Source of the DNA: a virus
Taxonomy: Duplodnaviria; Caudoviricetes
DNA length: 64,000 nucleotides
Virus record (IMG/VR): IMGVR_UViG_3300050645_000010
Span: 2,234 to 66,233 of that record
Direction: 5' to 3' (one strand)
Positions within the stretch are counted from its first letter, which is position 1. Each line of letters starts with the position of its first letter. The notes beneath the pieces are model-generated. The model ran no database searches. It saw only the letters and a list, made by a program, of their open reading frames with translations, and was not told the origin of the DNA. Both the position numbers and the translations under genes were made by a program. Of this stretch, positions 37,517 through 46,460 are shown piece after piece.

Positions 37517-38377
37517 TTATAACCATCCTAAATGAATACTTATAGATTCGATATATCGTTTACTTGTATCTGTATTGATGTGTACGCTATATAGATTCTT
37601 GCTACTTTTCAATGCGTCTAGGTTGTCAAATACATATGATGAATCAAGTAGCAAGAACGAACCATCATCGGACCGGTAGTAGTACGCTTCGTCATTATAG
37701 AACATGCGCGCTCCGGTATTTAATATTGTTACATAATCATCGATGCTTTGACCGGGATACATTCCGTTAAACAACCTAAATTCAGGAGATTTTATTTCGA
37801 TCCCAACAACCGTAATGTCATTAGTGTATGCGGCATAAGCAGATTCACAAAACGGCGTAATAACATCTTCTATTTCAGACAATCTATCGTAAAGGTCATC
37901 GCCTTCGAGTTTTCGTATTATGCGGTTAAATCCCATAATCTTAACATCTACTCCGTATTTATCATCGATGGCTTGATACATTTCATTCATTATATCTAGC
38001 AGTATTGAGTTATCATACGTGATAGTTAGCGAACCATATGATAGTTTACAGCCAAAGCCATTTATTCCAAGATCAAAAAACGAACCGAAATTCAACAGTT
38101 TTGATTCTTCTGCGGGACTTAGGCTATCGCCGAGCGTTTGATCTTTGCTTGCATTCGGCGCAGTATACGGCACCGAATCAGGCGACGCCCCAAGGATTGT
38201 TTCAACATCTTTTCGGTTCATGCCGATTGATATTGGGGAGCCATTAGGGGATAGCACGCCCAGAGCATCAACGGTTGAATGTGCCACCCACAGGTCGGCG
38301 CACGCAGAAATTCCAAGAAATGGTGCAAAAAGTAGTGAGGCACAAATCAGGATCGAAGCAACGAGCTTCATCATCAT
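37517..38377 (-). CDS. AT-rich exported/surface protein (moron)
   Basis: Signal-peptide-like N-terminus MMKLVASILICASLLFAPFLGISACA; visibly AT-richer than its flanks; between cI and int. Confidence 0.75.
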   Translation of the reverse strand: MMMKLVASILICASLLFAPFLGISACADLWVAHSTVDALGVLSPNGSPISIGMNRKDVETILGASPDSVPYTAPNASKDQTLGDSLSPAEESKLLNFGSFFDLGINGFGCKLSYGSLTITYDNSILLDIMNEMYQAIDDKYGVDVKIMGFNRIIRKLEGDDLYDRLSEIEDVITPFCESAYAAYTNDITVVGIEIKSPEFRLFNGMYPGQSIDDYVTILNTGARMFYNDEAYYYRSDDGSFLLLDSSYVFDNLDALKSSKNLYSVHINTDTSKRYIESISIHLGWL

Positions 38378-38573
38378 GCGCTCCTTTCGTCTGTCCTTAT
38401 ATTAAGGAAGAAAACGAAGCAGTAACCCGTAACGTAACCGGTTATTCATGGGTCAGTATACGGTAGTCATTTGGGGTAGTAACCCACATACCCTTGTGGT
38501 AGGTATGGTAGGTAGGTACTGGTATATATTTTCATATTATTTAAGGCCCCCTCTTATAAGCGTAAAGCGGTGT

Positions 38574-38951
38574 TTAAGATGATTCTGCCGTCGAAGAGAC
38601 GCCAATCCCCTCTGCGACAACGCGACGGCGCTCTTCAATGGCGCAATTCATCACGACATGGACCCCTTCGCGGTCAAGATCACGGAACAAAGACAGAAGG
38701 TATTGCTCATCATTGGTTAGCGCAGGGGCGGCGTCTTTGTTGCCGTGTGGATTACCTTCACCTTCAAGGAGGTATTCAGGCGTCACGTCAAGGAAGCGGC
38801 ATATCGGCATTATATAAGCAGCCGTCATCTCTTTGCCGCCTTTGATCCAGTTATTTACGGTGGAAGTTGCAGCGTTTAAGAAGTCGGATAGATCCTTTTG
38901 TGTTGCCCCTTTTTCTTTCAGTAAAGCGTGGATGCGCTCACCGATGCACAC
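38574..38951 (-). CDS. CI-like XRE repressor without S24 autoprotease domain
   Basis: IGERIHALLKEKGATQKDLS...STVNNWIKG HTH; SD GGAGGTG; divergent from a cro-like gene. Confidence 0.85.
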   Translation of the reverse strand: MCIGERIHALLKEKGATQKDLSDFLNAATSTVNNWIKGGKEMTAAYIMPICRFLDVTPEYLLEGEGNPHGNKDAAPALTNDEQYLLSLFRDLDREGVHVVMNCAIEERRRVVAEGIGVSSTAESS

Positions 38952-38979
38952 AAGCCCACCTCCTCAAAAAAATTTCAGA

Positions 38980-39051
38980 ATATGGGATAATCGGTATTGA
39001 CAAATTAGCTATATGGGATTATAATGCAGCCAATCAATCCCATATGGGATT
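38980..39051 (+). promoter_or_regulatory. Lytic promoter and three operator-like sites
   Basis: TTGACA 38997-39002, 17 bp, TATAAT 39020-25; palindrome AATCCCATATGGGATT 39036-51; ATATGGGAT half-sites at 38980 and 39011. Confidence 0.85.
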
Positions 39052-39175
39052 TTCAGGAAATCGAGAACCCCCGCGCCGAACGCAAAGCACGGCTGACAGT
39101 AAGCAGCCATCAATAGTTTACCACATTTTGCTTGTAAGGACAATAAGCAAATGGAAAAGAAGGGAGGCATACGGC

Positions 39176-39397
39176 ATGAGGAATGAAACGATCGTTGATA
39201 GGTCGTGGCTGGAGCGCGCCCGTAGAAAGCTCGGGCTGCGCCAATCGGAAGTCGCTGCGTATGCAGGTTGCGACGTTTCGTTTTACAACCGCGTTGAAAA
39301 AGGTCTGCAAACACCCGGCGTTGTGATCGCTCTAAAGATTTGCGATTGCCTTGGTGTCGATATTCGGAATTTCGAGCAGGAAGAAAAACTCGCATAA
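39176..39397 (+). CDS. Cro-like XRE regulator
   Basis: 73 aa HTH (LGLRQSEVAAYAGCDVSFYNRVEKG); SD GGGAGG. Confidence 0.85.
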   Translation: MRNETIVDRSWLERARRKLGLRQSEVAAYAGCDVSFYNRVEKGLQTPGVVIALKICDCLGVDIRNFEQEEKLA

Positions 39398-39410
39398 GGG
39401 GGTTGCTTCG

Positions 39411-39863
39411 ATGGTGCAGAACAAGATTCGCGTGAAGTGCGCCGAGGCGGGCATATCGCAAGGCAACCTCGCGGGGCAAATGCCGGATGATGTGAACGCG
39501 GTCGCGATGAGCTTCCTCGTTGCTGGGAAAGTCTTGCCGACACGGGACGGCATGAAGAAGATGTGCGACGTTTTCAGTTGTTCCCCCATCGACATTTACG
39601 AACCGGAAGACATTGATTTGCTCGGATTGGCCAACGACGGCAAGGCAGACGAGACGGACGAAGTGGAGGAACCAAAGGATCATCTGTTTGCACGACCGGA
39701 CGAAAAGAGCGGACACAAGGGCATGACCAGATTCTACACTTGGTTGAAGCCTTCGGAGAAAGAGCAGCTCGCAAAGGCTGTCGAAGCACTCGGGTATCGG
39801 AATTGTGCGGAGTGGTTCAGAGAGGCTTATAGAAGCGCGATCGACCGATACCGGCAACTCTAG
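39411..39863 (+). CDS. DNA-binding protein (HTH N-terminus)
   Basis: AGISQGNLA...KMCDVFSCSPIDIY. Confidence 0.7.
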   Translation: MVQNKIRVKCAEAGISQGNLAGQMPDDVNAVAMSFLVAGKVLPTRDGMKKMCDVFSCSPIDIYEPEDIDLLGLANDGKADETDEVEEPKDHLFARPDEKSGHKGMTRFYTWLKPSEKEQLAKAVEALGYRNCAEWFREAYRSAIDRYRQL

Positions 39864-39882
39864 GCAAAGAGGGGCAATCGCG

Positions 39883-40437
39883 GTGTTAAAACGCATTAAA
39901 AACATAACAGGGAATCGATTTGGAAGGATCGTAGCGGTTGCGTTCGCCGGAACAAGAGACGGGCATGCAATGTGGGAATGTAGGTGCGATTGTGGGCGGA
40001 TCGTCATAATTGGATCGAACCTCCTACTCAATGGTCACACAAAAAGTTGCGGGTGCTTACGTAAAGAACATACCAGAAAGCACGGACAGACAAGGACAAG
40101 GCTTTTCAACATCTGGCGCGGGATGCATCAGCGATGCACGGACCAGAACAAGAGCAATTACAAGTATTATGGTGCGCGGGGAATCTCGGTATGCCATGAG
40201 TGGAACGAATTTGCACCATTCAAGGATTGGGCGGATGCACACGGATATGATGAGGCGCTTACGATCGATCGGATAGACCCAAACGGGAATTACGAACCGA
40301 GTAATTGTCGATGGATAAGCATTGAGGATCAGCAGCGGAACCGAAGGAACAGCAAGAACCGGAAGAATGGTTTGATTCAGCGTTGTATCGAACTGCGGTT
40401 GCGGGAGCCGCAGAACGATGTCAGCCGCGACACTTGA
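39883..40437 (+). CDS. HNH-type homing endonuclease, copy 2
   Basis: NITGNRFGRI, WECRCDCG, YGARGISVCHEW, TIDRIDPNGNYEPSNCRWI. Confidence 0.85.
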   Translation: MLKRIKNITGNRFGRIVAVAFAGTRDGHAMWECRCDCGRIVIIGSNLLLNGHTKSCGCLRKEHTRKHGQTRTRLFNIWRGMHQRCTDQNKSNYKYYGARGISVCHEWNEFAPFKDWADAHGYDEALTIDRIDPNGNYEPSNCRWISIEDQQRNRRNSKNRKNGLIQRCIELRLREPQNDVSRDT

Positions 40438-40449
40438 TGTCAGGCGCAT
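40057..40449 (-). CDS. Antisense ORF with perfect Shine-Dalgarno, possibly translated
   Basis: AAGGAGGT 6 nt upstream of ATG; overlaps HNH copy 2 on the opposite strand. Confidence 0.3.
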   Translation of the reverse strand: MRLTSSVAADIVLRLPQPQFDTTLNQTILPVLAVPSVPLLILNAYPSTITRFVIPVWVYPIDRKRLIISVCIRPILEWCKFVPLMAYRDSPRTIILVIALVLVRASLMHPAPDVEKPCPCLSVLSGMFFT

Positions 40450-40573
40450 GATGCTACCTCCTTCGTCATGGCCGCTCCGCTCGGACGTGGCACAGTTCGC
40501 AAAGCGGAGCTAATGCGGCGCCCCGAACTCAAAAGGGCTACTGTAATTGTACGGGAACAGGGGGCATTTCAAA

Positions 40574-41032
40574 ATGGCGTGTTTTTCCAATACGGACATG
40601 AAAAAGAGGCGCGAATTGCTCAAAATGAGCGCCGCAGACCTCGCGGAGAAAATCGGATGTGATCCCGGCACCATTTACAAGTACGAATCACGAAAGATCA
40701 TCCCAAGCCCCGATGTCATGTATCAGATTGCCGAAGCGTTCGGCGACTTGAACGTATGGTACGACTGGATGAGGACGGAATACCCAACCAGTTACGGGCG
40801 GCTTCATCCCGAAAGTTGCGTTCGGGAATTGCCGGAAGCGGCGATGGCGATGTTCGCGGAGATCGGCGACGTGATGGACATGCAGCGCGAGGTCCTAAGA
40901 GGTTTGGCGAGCGGCGAAATAAGCGACGCCGAACTTAGGGGAACGGTTGAGAAGGAGGCAATGGAAGCACTCGGGGCCGTGCAGCGGTTTTTGAACGTCA
41001 TGAAGTCACGATGCGGAACGGGGGCGAGGTAA
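40574..41032 (+). CDS. XRE HTH regulator with CII-like helical C-domain
   Basis: LKMSAADLAEKIGCDPGTIYKYE HTH; C-terminal helical domain resembling phage 186/P2-type CII. Confidence 0.65.
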   Translation: MACFSNTDMKKRRELLKMSAADLAEKIGCDPGTIYKYESRKIIPSPDVMYQIAEAFGDLNVWYDWMRTEYPTSYGRLHPESCVRELPEAAMAMFAEIGDVMDMQREVLRGLASGEISDAELRGTVEKEAMEALGAVQRFLNVMKSRCGTGAR

Positions 41033-41269
41033 ATGCCAGCGCCAAGGCGATATTACGATTACTCGGACATTATGTCAATTTTGAGTGTGAGCAGAACGAA
41101 GGCGTGGCAGTACCTTCGGATGTTCGAGCGGTGGGGGCTGGCGTTCCGGGAAGGCAAGGTGTTGCGAGTGAGGATGGACTTTTTTGATGCGTATTTGGAC
41201 AACCCGCAGGAATACGCGGCAAAGGCAGAGGCGCAGCTACGTGCTACGGCGCGCCGCAGAATGGCTTGA
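41033..41269 (+). CDS. Excisionase-like HTH protein
   Basis: YYDYSDIMSILSVSRTKAWQYLR...GKVLRVRMDFFDAYL. Confidence 0.6.
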   Translation: MPAPRRYYDYSDIMSILSVSRTKAWQYLRMFERWGLAFREGKVLRVRMDFFDAYLDNPQEYAAKAEAQLRATARRRMA

Positions 41270-41467
41270 TTGGAGGTGGTAAGCGTGCGAATCAAGGAGG
41301 GTATCGAAGATTCGGTCAAGAGCCTCGAAGAGCGGAGGGAGGCGCTTATTCGGAGGAAAGCACCGAAAGGGGTCATTGATTCGGTCGAGAAGAAAATCAA
41401 GTTCGCAAAGCAGTTGCTTGTTGACAAGGGCGAACAGGTTTCGGAAGAGCACCACGGTCACGATTGA
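41270..41467 (+). CDS. Hypothetical protein
   Basis: Compact ORF in operon. Confidence 0.45.
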   Translation: MEVVSVRIKEGIEDSVKSLEERREALIRRKAPKGVIDSVEKKIKFAKQLLVDKGEQVSEEHHGHD

Positions 41468-41487
41468 TTTGAAGGAGGTACGGAATT

Positions 41488-41904
41488 ATGTTCATGGATG
41501 GTCGGCCGTCGCTCAAGGAGTTTGTCGAGAAGGTCGTTGCGGCGCAGGGCGAACAGTACAACGCGGTTGCGATGACGGTTGTCACCGAGGAAGGGACCTA
41601 CACGGCGGTTCTCGGAAGGGGCGGATTGTTCGGCGTCGGCGGAATCGCGGTTGATCCCGATTCGCTCATGCTCGCCGTGGCGCTCAAGAAGTTCTTGGGT
41701 AACGAATTGAAGATCGCAAGCGACCTCGTCGAGCAGATGGAAGCGGACGGGAAGATAAAGAGTGCGGGCACGGGGTTCAAGGCGGTTTCGATGCATAAGA
41801 CCGACGAATGCAGCGAGTGCGGACAGTGCTCCGGCGCAGATGGGTTTGCGGCAGACTTTGCGGAGATCATGGAAAGCATCTTCGGCGAAGACAGCAAGAA
41901 GTAG
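41488..41904 (+). CDS. Hypothetical protein
   Basis: SD AAGGAGGT. Confidence 0.7.
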   Translation: MFMDGRPSLKEFVEKVVAAQGEQYNAVAMTVVTEEGTYTAVLGRGGLFGVGGIAVDPDSLMLAVALKKFLGNELKIASDLVEQMEADGKIKSAGTGFKAVSMHKTDECSECGQCSGADGFAADFAEIMESIFGEDSKK

Positions 41905-41916
41905 AGGCGAGCGGAG

Positions 41917-42483
41917 ATGAACCCCAAAGGCAGCGAGGCGGTAGACATTTCAGGTAGGCGATATGGACGCTTGACAGTGATTCGAAGGTTTGGAACGGAT
42001 GCGTCTCCAAATGGATCGTCCTACCCTACTTGGCTATGTCGTTGCGATTGTGGGAAAGAGGCGATCGTGCGAGGGTGCTCCCTCAAAAGGGGACACACAC
42101 AGAGTTGCGGTTGCTTTCGGCGAGACGCTTCACGCAGGGCGGCACAGGAAGGAAGATACGAGAAACACGGCTTGACAAAAGCGGGACGCAAAGAGCGGCT
42201 GTACGGGATTTGGTCGCAGATGGTTCAGCGAACAACGAACCCAGCATGCAAAGATTTCGGGGCATATGGAGGGCGCGGAGTTGGCGTATGCGATGAATGG
42301 AAAAGCAACTACGAGGCGTTTAGAAGTTGGGCGTTGTCGAACGGGTATGACGAGACAGCCCCATTCAGCAAGTGCACTATCGATCGGATCGACAATGACA
42401 AAGGATACACCCCGAACAATTGCCGTTGGGTTGATATGAAAGTTCAGAACAACAACAAAAAGAGGGAGGCGACAACGAAGTGA
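41917..42483 (+). CDS. HNH-type homing endonuclease, copy 3
   Basis: DISGRRYGRL, WLCRCDCG, YGGRGVGVCDEW, TIDRIDNDKGYTPNNCRWV. Confidence 0.85.
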   Translation: MNPKGSEAVDISGRRYGRLTVIRRFGTDASPNGSSYPTWLCRCDCGKEAIVRGCSLKRGHTQSCGCFRRDASRRAAQEGRYEKHGLTKAGRKERLYGIWSQMVQRTTNPACKDFGAYGGRGVGVCDEWKSNYEAFRSWALSNGYDETAPFSKCTIDRIDNDKGYTPNNCRWVDMKVQNNNKKREATTK

Positions 42484-44462
42484 ACATGACGATAGAAAGG
42501 ATGATTATAGAGAATTTCAAAGGTGTGAAGTCTTTGACCATCGACTTCGACGAAGTGACGCAAATCGCCGGAAGGAACGGCACCGGGAAAACGTCGATAC
42601 CGGATGCGTTTTCGTGGGTGTTGTTCAATAAAGATGCGGCGGGCAACGGACCCGGCACGGATGCGTTCAGGGAAAAGCCGCTTGACGGCAGCGGGCGGGA
42701 GGTTCACAACCTCGATACGATGGTCGAGTTGCATTGCCGATTGGATGGAGCGCCGTTCATGTTGAAGCGTATTCAGCGCGAGAATTGGGTGAAGAAGCGT
42801 GGAAATACGGACGCCGTATTTCAGGGGAACGTCAGCACGTATTGGATCAACGGCGTTGAAGTCAAGCTGACGGATTTCAAGGCGCGGATTGCGGCGATTG
42901 CGTCGGAAGAGGTATTCAGGCTGATTACCGTGATGGGCGCGTTCACGTCGGGGGATTGGAAGAAGCAGCGGCAGGTGCTGTTATCAATGTCGGGGATTGA
43001 CGTTGATAGCGCGCTGCTTGCGCGCGAAGAGTATCGCAGCATATGCGATCAGATCGCAGAGCGCGGGGTTACGGTGGACGAATTGCGGCAGGTCATCGCA
43101 GATCAGCGCAAGCGGATGAATCAAGAGATCACATTGTTGCCGGCGCGGATCGACGAAGTGCGGCGCATGACGCCTACCCTCAAACCCAACGAGATCGAAG
43201 ACGCCAAGTGCGTTGAAGCCGATACGCAGAAGGACATTGCGAAGATCGACGAGTTCATAGCGGAATTGCGCGCGCAGAGCGGAGAAGGCAACAGACGCGA
43301 ACAGCTATTCGCGCTCGAATCGGAGTTGCTTTCAATCAAGCGGAGGATGAACGACGAGTTTTTCGCGAACCGGCGTTGTGCGGAAAAGGCCCGCGACGAT
43401 GCGGGCGCGGATCATCGCAGGAATACGGCGGCAATTGACGATGTGAAGCGCAGGTGCGCGGGCGCAGAGGCGCGCAAGGCGCAGAGCGTCGCGCAGCGGG
43501 ACGCCTTGCGCGAGAAGTACAAGAAGGAATACGAATCGAAGTTCGTTGAGCCAGAGGCAGAGAGCAAATGCCCTACGTGCGGACAAGCCTTGCCGGAAGA
43601 GCGTATCAAGGAGGCAATCGAGCGCGAGCGGCAGCGGTTCGCGGACAATAAGCGGCGCACGTTGCAAAGCATACAGCAGGACGGCGCGAAACTCAACGAT
43701 GAAATCAAGGAGTTCGACGCGCAGGTTTCGCGGATGCAGGGAGAATTGCGCGAATTGGAAGCGCGGGCGGAAGCGGCAAAGAAGGCATTGGAGGATGCGC
43801 AGAAGGAAATCGCCGCATTGCCGGTCGATGTGGATTATTCGGCAGAACCGCGATTCGCGCAGATCGAAGAGCAGATCGCCGCAATTAAGGAGGAAGTCGC
43901 GGCGTCGCCTGACGAGCGGATAAAGGGATACCAAGAGCGAAGGGCGGATCTGGTTGAGCAGCTACGGCGGGCACAGGAGATCATCTCGAAGAAGGCCACA
44001 CATGACGATTGCGTGAAGCGCATCGCGGAACTCGAAGGAAAGCAGCGCGACATGGGCGCGAAGTACGCCGAGATTGAGCGGATGATTATGCTGATCGAAC
44101 GCTTCATCACGGACAGGTGCGCGGCGCTCGAAGAGAGTATCGACAAGAAGTTCCCCACGGTACGGTGGAAATTGTTCGATGTGCAGATCAACGAAGGCGT
44201 AAAGGACACGTGCAGTTGCATGATTTGGTGCGATGGCGCATTGGTCCCCTACAATTCGGCGAATACCGCTTCACGCTTGAACGCCGACATTGAAATCATC
44301 AACGTGCTTTCGGAGCATTACGACGTGACGGTGCCTTTGTTCTTCGACAACATGGAGCGGGTGAATTACATCGGCGATGTTCGGGGGCAATTGATTACGC
44401 TGTCGGTGAGCAGAGACGAGCGGTTGCACATCAAGACAGGCAAGAAGAGGGAGGCGGCGTAA
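42480..44462 (+). CDS. SMC/Rad50-like AAA ATPase
   Basis: IENFKG, GRNGTGKT, coiled coils, CPTCGQ zinc hook, LFFDNMER. Confidence 0.88.
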   Translation: MNMTIERMIIENFKGVKSLTIDFDEVTQIAGRNGTGKTSIPDAFSWVLFNKDAAGNGPGTDAFREKPLDGSGREVHNLDTMVELHCRLDGAPFMLKRIQRENWVKKRGNTDAVFQGNVSTYWINGVEVKLTDFKARIAAIASEEVFRLITVMGAFTSGDWKKQRQVLLSMSGIDVDSALLAREEYRSICDQIAERGVTVDELRQVIADQRKRMNQEITLLPARIDEVRRMTPTLKPNEIEDAKCVEADTQKDIAKIDEFIAELRAQSGEGNRREQLFALESELLSIKRRMNDEFFANRRCAEKARDDAGADHRRNTAAIDDVKRRCAGAEARKAQSVAQRDALREKYKKEYESKFVEPEAESKCPTCGQALPEERIKEAIERERQRFADNKRRTLQSIQQDGAKLNDEIKEFDAQVSRMQGELRELEARAEAAKKALEDAQKEIAALPVDVDYSAEPRFAQIEEQIAAIKEEVAASPDERIKGYQERRADLVEQLRRAQEIISKKATHDDCVKRIAELEGKQRDMGAKYAEIERMIMLIERFITDRCAALEESIDKKFPTVRWKLFDVQINEGVKDTCSCMIWCDGALVPYNSANTASRLNADIEIINVLSEHYDVTVPLFFDNMERVNYIGDVRGQLITLSVSRDERLHIKTGKKREAA

Positions 44463-45323
44463 ATGGCTGATAATTCGCAGTTGCAGACGAACGGGCTGCA
44501 AAAGCTCAAGGCGATATTGAACAATTCGACGATGCAGCAGAATTTCAAGAACATTCTGGCCGAGAACGCGGGACCGTTCATGGCAAGCATCATCGAATTG
44601 TACCAGAGCGACAACACGCTGCGGGATTGCGACCCGAACAAGGTCATATTGGAGGCATTGAAAGCGGCAACGCTGAAACTGCCCATCAATAAGCAGCTTG
44701 GTTTCGCGTGGATCATCCCTTATAAGGACGGAGGCGTGCCCATCCCGCAGTTCCAGATTGGGTATAAGGGCTACATTCAACTCGCCATGCGCACCGCTTT
44801 GTACAAGCACATCAACGCAGGGTTCGTTTACAAGGGTGAAAGGGTCGTTTATGACCGGATCACTGGCATGATGGCGATTGAAGGCGAGGCATCGAGCGAA
44901 GAGGCGGTCGGGTATTTCGCTTATTTCAAGCTCTTGAACGGGTTTGAAAAGGCGATCTATTGGACGAAGGAGCGCGTGACGAGCCACGCAAAGCGATACT
45001 CGAAGTCGTGGAAGAAGGAAAATTCGCCCTGGCATACCGAGTTCGACGCGATGGCGCTGAAAACCGTGCTGCGCAACATCCTTTCGAAATACGGCGTGAT
45101 GTCGATCGAGTTCGCGAACGCGATTGCGAACGATGCGGATGAAGCCGTTGACGCGGAAATCAAGGGCAATGCAAATCAAGAAGCGGTAACGCTCCCTCCC
45201 TCCCCCGCATTCATCGAAGGCAAGATGGAAGAAGCGCCGGAGGAAGCGCAGGGCGAAGGAGAAGCCGAACCCCAGCAGGAGAAGGACACAGCGAACGAGT
45301 TCGCAGCGGTGCCGGGATTCTAG
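44463..45323 (+). CDS. recT: RecT-family single-strand annealing protein
   Basis: LPINKQLGFAWIIPY, FQIGYKGYIQLAMRT, EFDAMALKTV. Confidence 0.9.
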   Translation: MADNSQLQTNGLQKLKAILNNSTMQQNFKNILAENAGPFMASIIELYQSDNTLRDCDPNKVILEALKAATLKLPINKQLGFAWIIPYKDGGVPIPQFQIGYKGYIQLAMRTALYKHINAGFVYKGERVVYDRITGMMAIEGEASSEEAVGYFAYFKLLNGFEKAIYWTKERVTSHAKRYSKSWKKENSPWHTEFDAMALKTVLRNILSKYGVMSIEFANAIANDADEAVDAEIKGNANQEAVTLPPSPAFIEGKMEEAPEEAQGEGEAEPQQEKDTANEFAAVPGF

Positions 45324-45325
45324 CC

Positions 45326-46057
45326 GTGAGATTGTCGGTCATCGCAACGGGCAGCAGCGGGAATTGCTTTGCGCTGACGGCGGGCGAAGAAATCCTTTTG
45401 CTGGATGCAGGAATACCGATACGGCGCATCATCGGAGCTGTGAAGGATTTTCGCGCGGTGGCCGGGTGCTTGGTGACGCATGAGCATCGCGACCATTGCG
45501 CGGCGGCGGGCAGTTTGGCGGGCTTGGGCGTTCGTGTGCTGGCAAGCAAAGGCACCATCGAAGCGGCATGTTTAACAGGATTAAAGACGGTACAGGCGCG
45601 TGTCGTTGCGCAGGTTGGCAATTTCACGGTATTGCCGTTCGCAACGCAGCACGACGCGGAAGAGCCTTTAGGGTTCGTCGTGCGATACGAACCCACGCAG
45701 GAAGTCGCATTGTATGCAACCGACACGTATTACTTACGGTTCAAGTTCCCCGGCGTGAATTACTGGATCGTCGAATGCAACTACGTCGGCGAGATTGTGA
45801 ACGATCAGTTCGCAAAAGGGGTGATCGACCTTGAGCTAAGAAACCGGCTGATCAAAAGCCACATGTCGTTGAAGCACTTAAAGGATGCATTGCAGGAGAA
45901 CGATTTATCAGCGACGCGGAAAATTGTACTTGTGCATTTATCGGATGAGCGCAGCGACGAACGGCGGATGATGAACGAGATTCAGGCGGTCACAGGGATT
46001 GAAACGGTTGCAGCGGCGGCGGGCATGGAGATAGACCTTACGCTAAGCCCGTTTTGA
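45326..46057 (+). CDS. MBL-fold metallohydrolase (YycJ-like exonuclease)
   Basis: TGSSGN, LLDAG, THEHRDH, HDA, YATDT, ECNY, HLS. Confidence 0.9.
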   Translation: MRLSVIATGSSGNCFALTAGEEILLLDAGIPIRRIIGAVKDFRAVAGCLVTHEHRDHCAAAGSLAGLGVRVLASKGTIEAACLTGLKTVQARVVAQVGNFTVLPFATQHDAEEPLGFVVRYEPTQEVALYATDTYYLRFKFPGVNYWIVECNYVGEIVNDQFAKGVIDLELRNRLIKSHMSLKHLKDALQENDLSATRKIVLVHLSDERSDERRMMNEIQAVTGIETVAAAAGMEIDLTLSPF

Positions 46058-46076
46058 AGGGAGGAAGTGAAAAGGC

Positions 46077-46460
46077 GTGCCTCAGAGAGCGATTAAGAAC
46101 CTCGATGACTTGATGGATGGCGGCGTTCACGAACGGTTCAATTTGGCGCTGGATCAGGTGTTGAACAATGTATTCGACCCGAACACGAAAGCGAAAGCGG
46201 TTCGCAAGATCACGTTGACGTTCAACATCATATCGAATGACCGCAGAGATGCGGCGGAGTTTGTTTCGGATGTGAACGTAAAACTCGCGCCACCCGCACC
46301 GTTGACGCAGACGGTATTCCTCGCAAAAGCGGATGACGGAACGGTTACGGCAACAGAGATCACGAATCAGGTCAAGGGACAACTCGGCATGGACGGCTCG
46401 GAGGTTATTCCGAAGACGGTTGAGTTCAAACCCAAACTGGTGGAAAGGGGCAATGAATAA
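46077..46460 (+). CDS. Conserved phage hypothetical protein
   Basis: NVFDPNTKAKAVRKITL motif; SD GGAGG. Confidence 0.7.
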   Translation: MPQRAIKNLDDLMDGGVHERFNLALDQVLNNVFDPNTKAKAVRKITLTFNIISNDRRDAAEFVSDVNVKLAPPAPLTQTVFLAKADDGTVTATEITNQVKGQLGMDGSEVIPKTVEFKPKLVERGNE

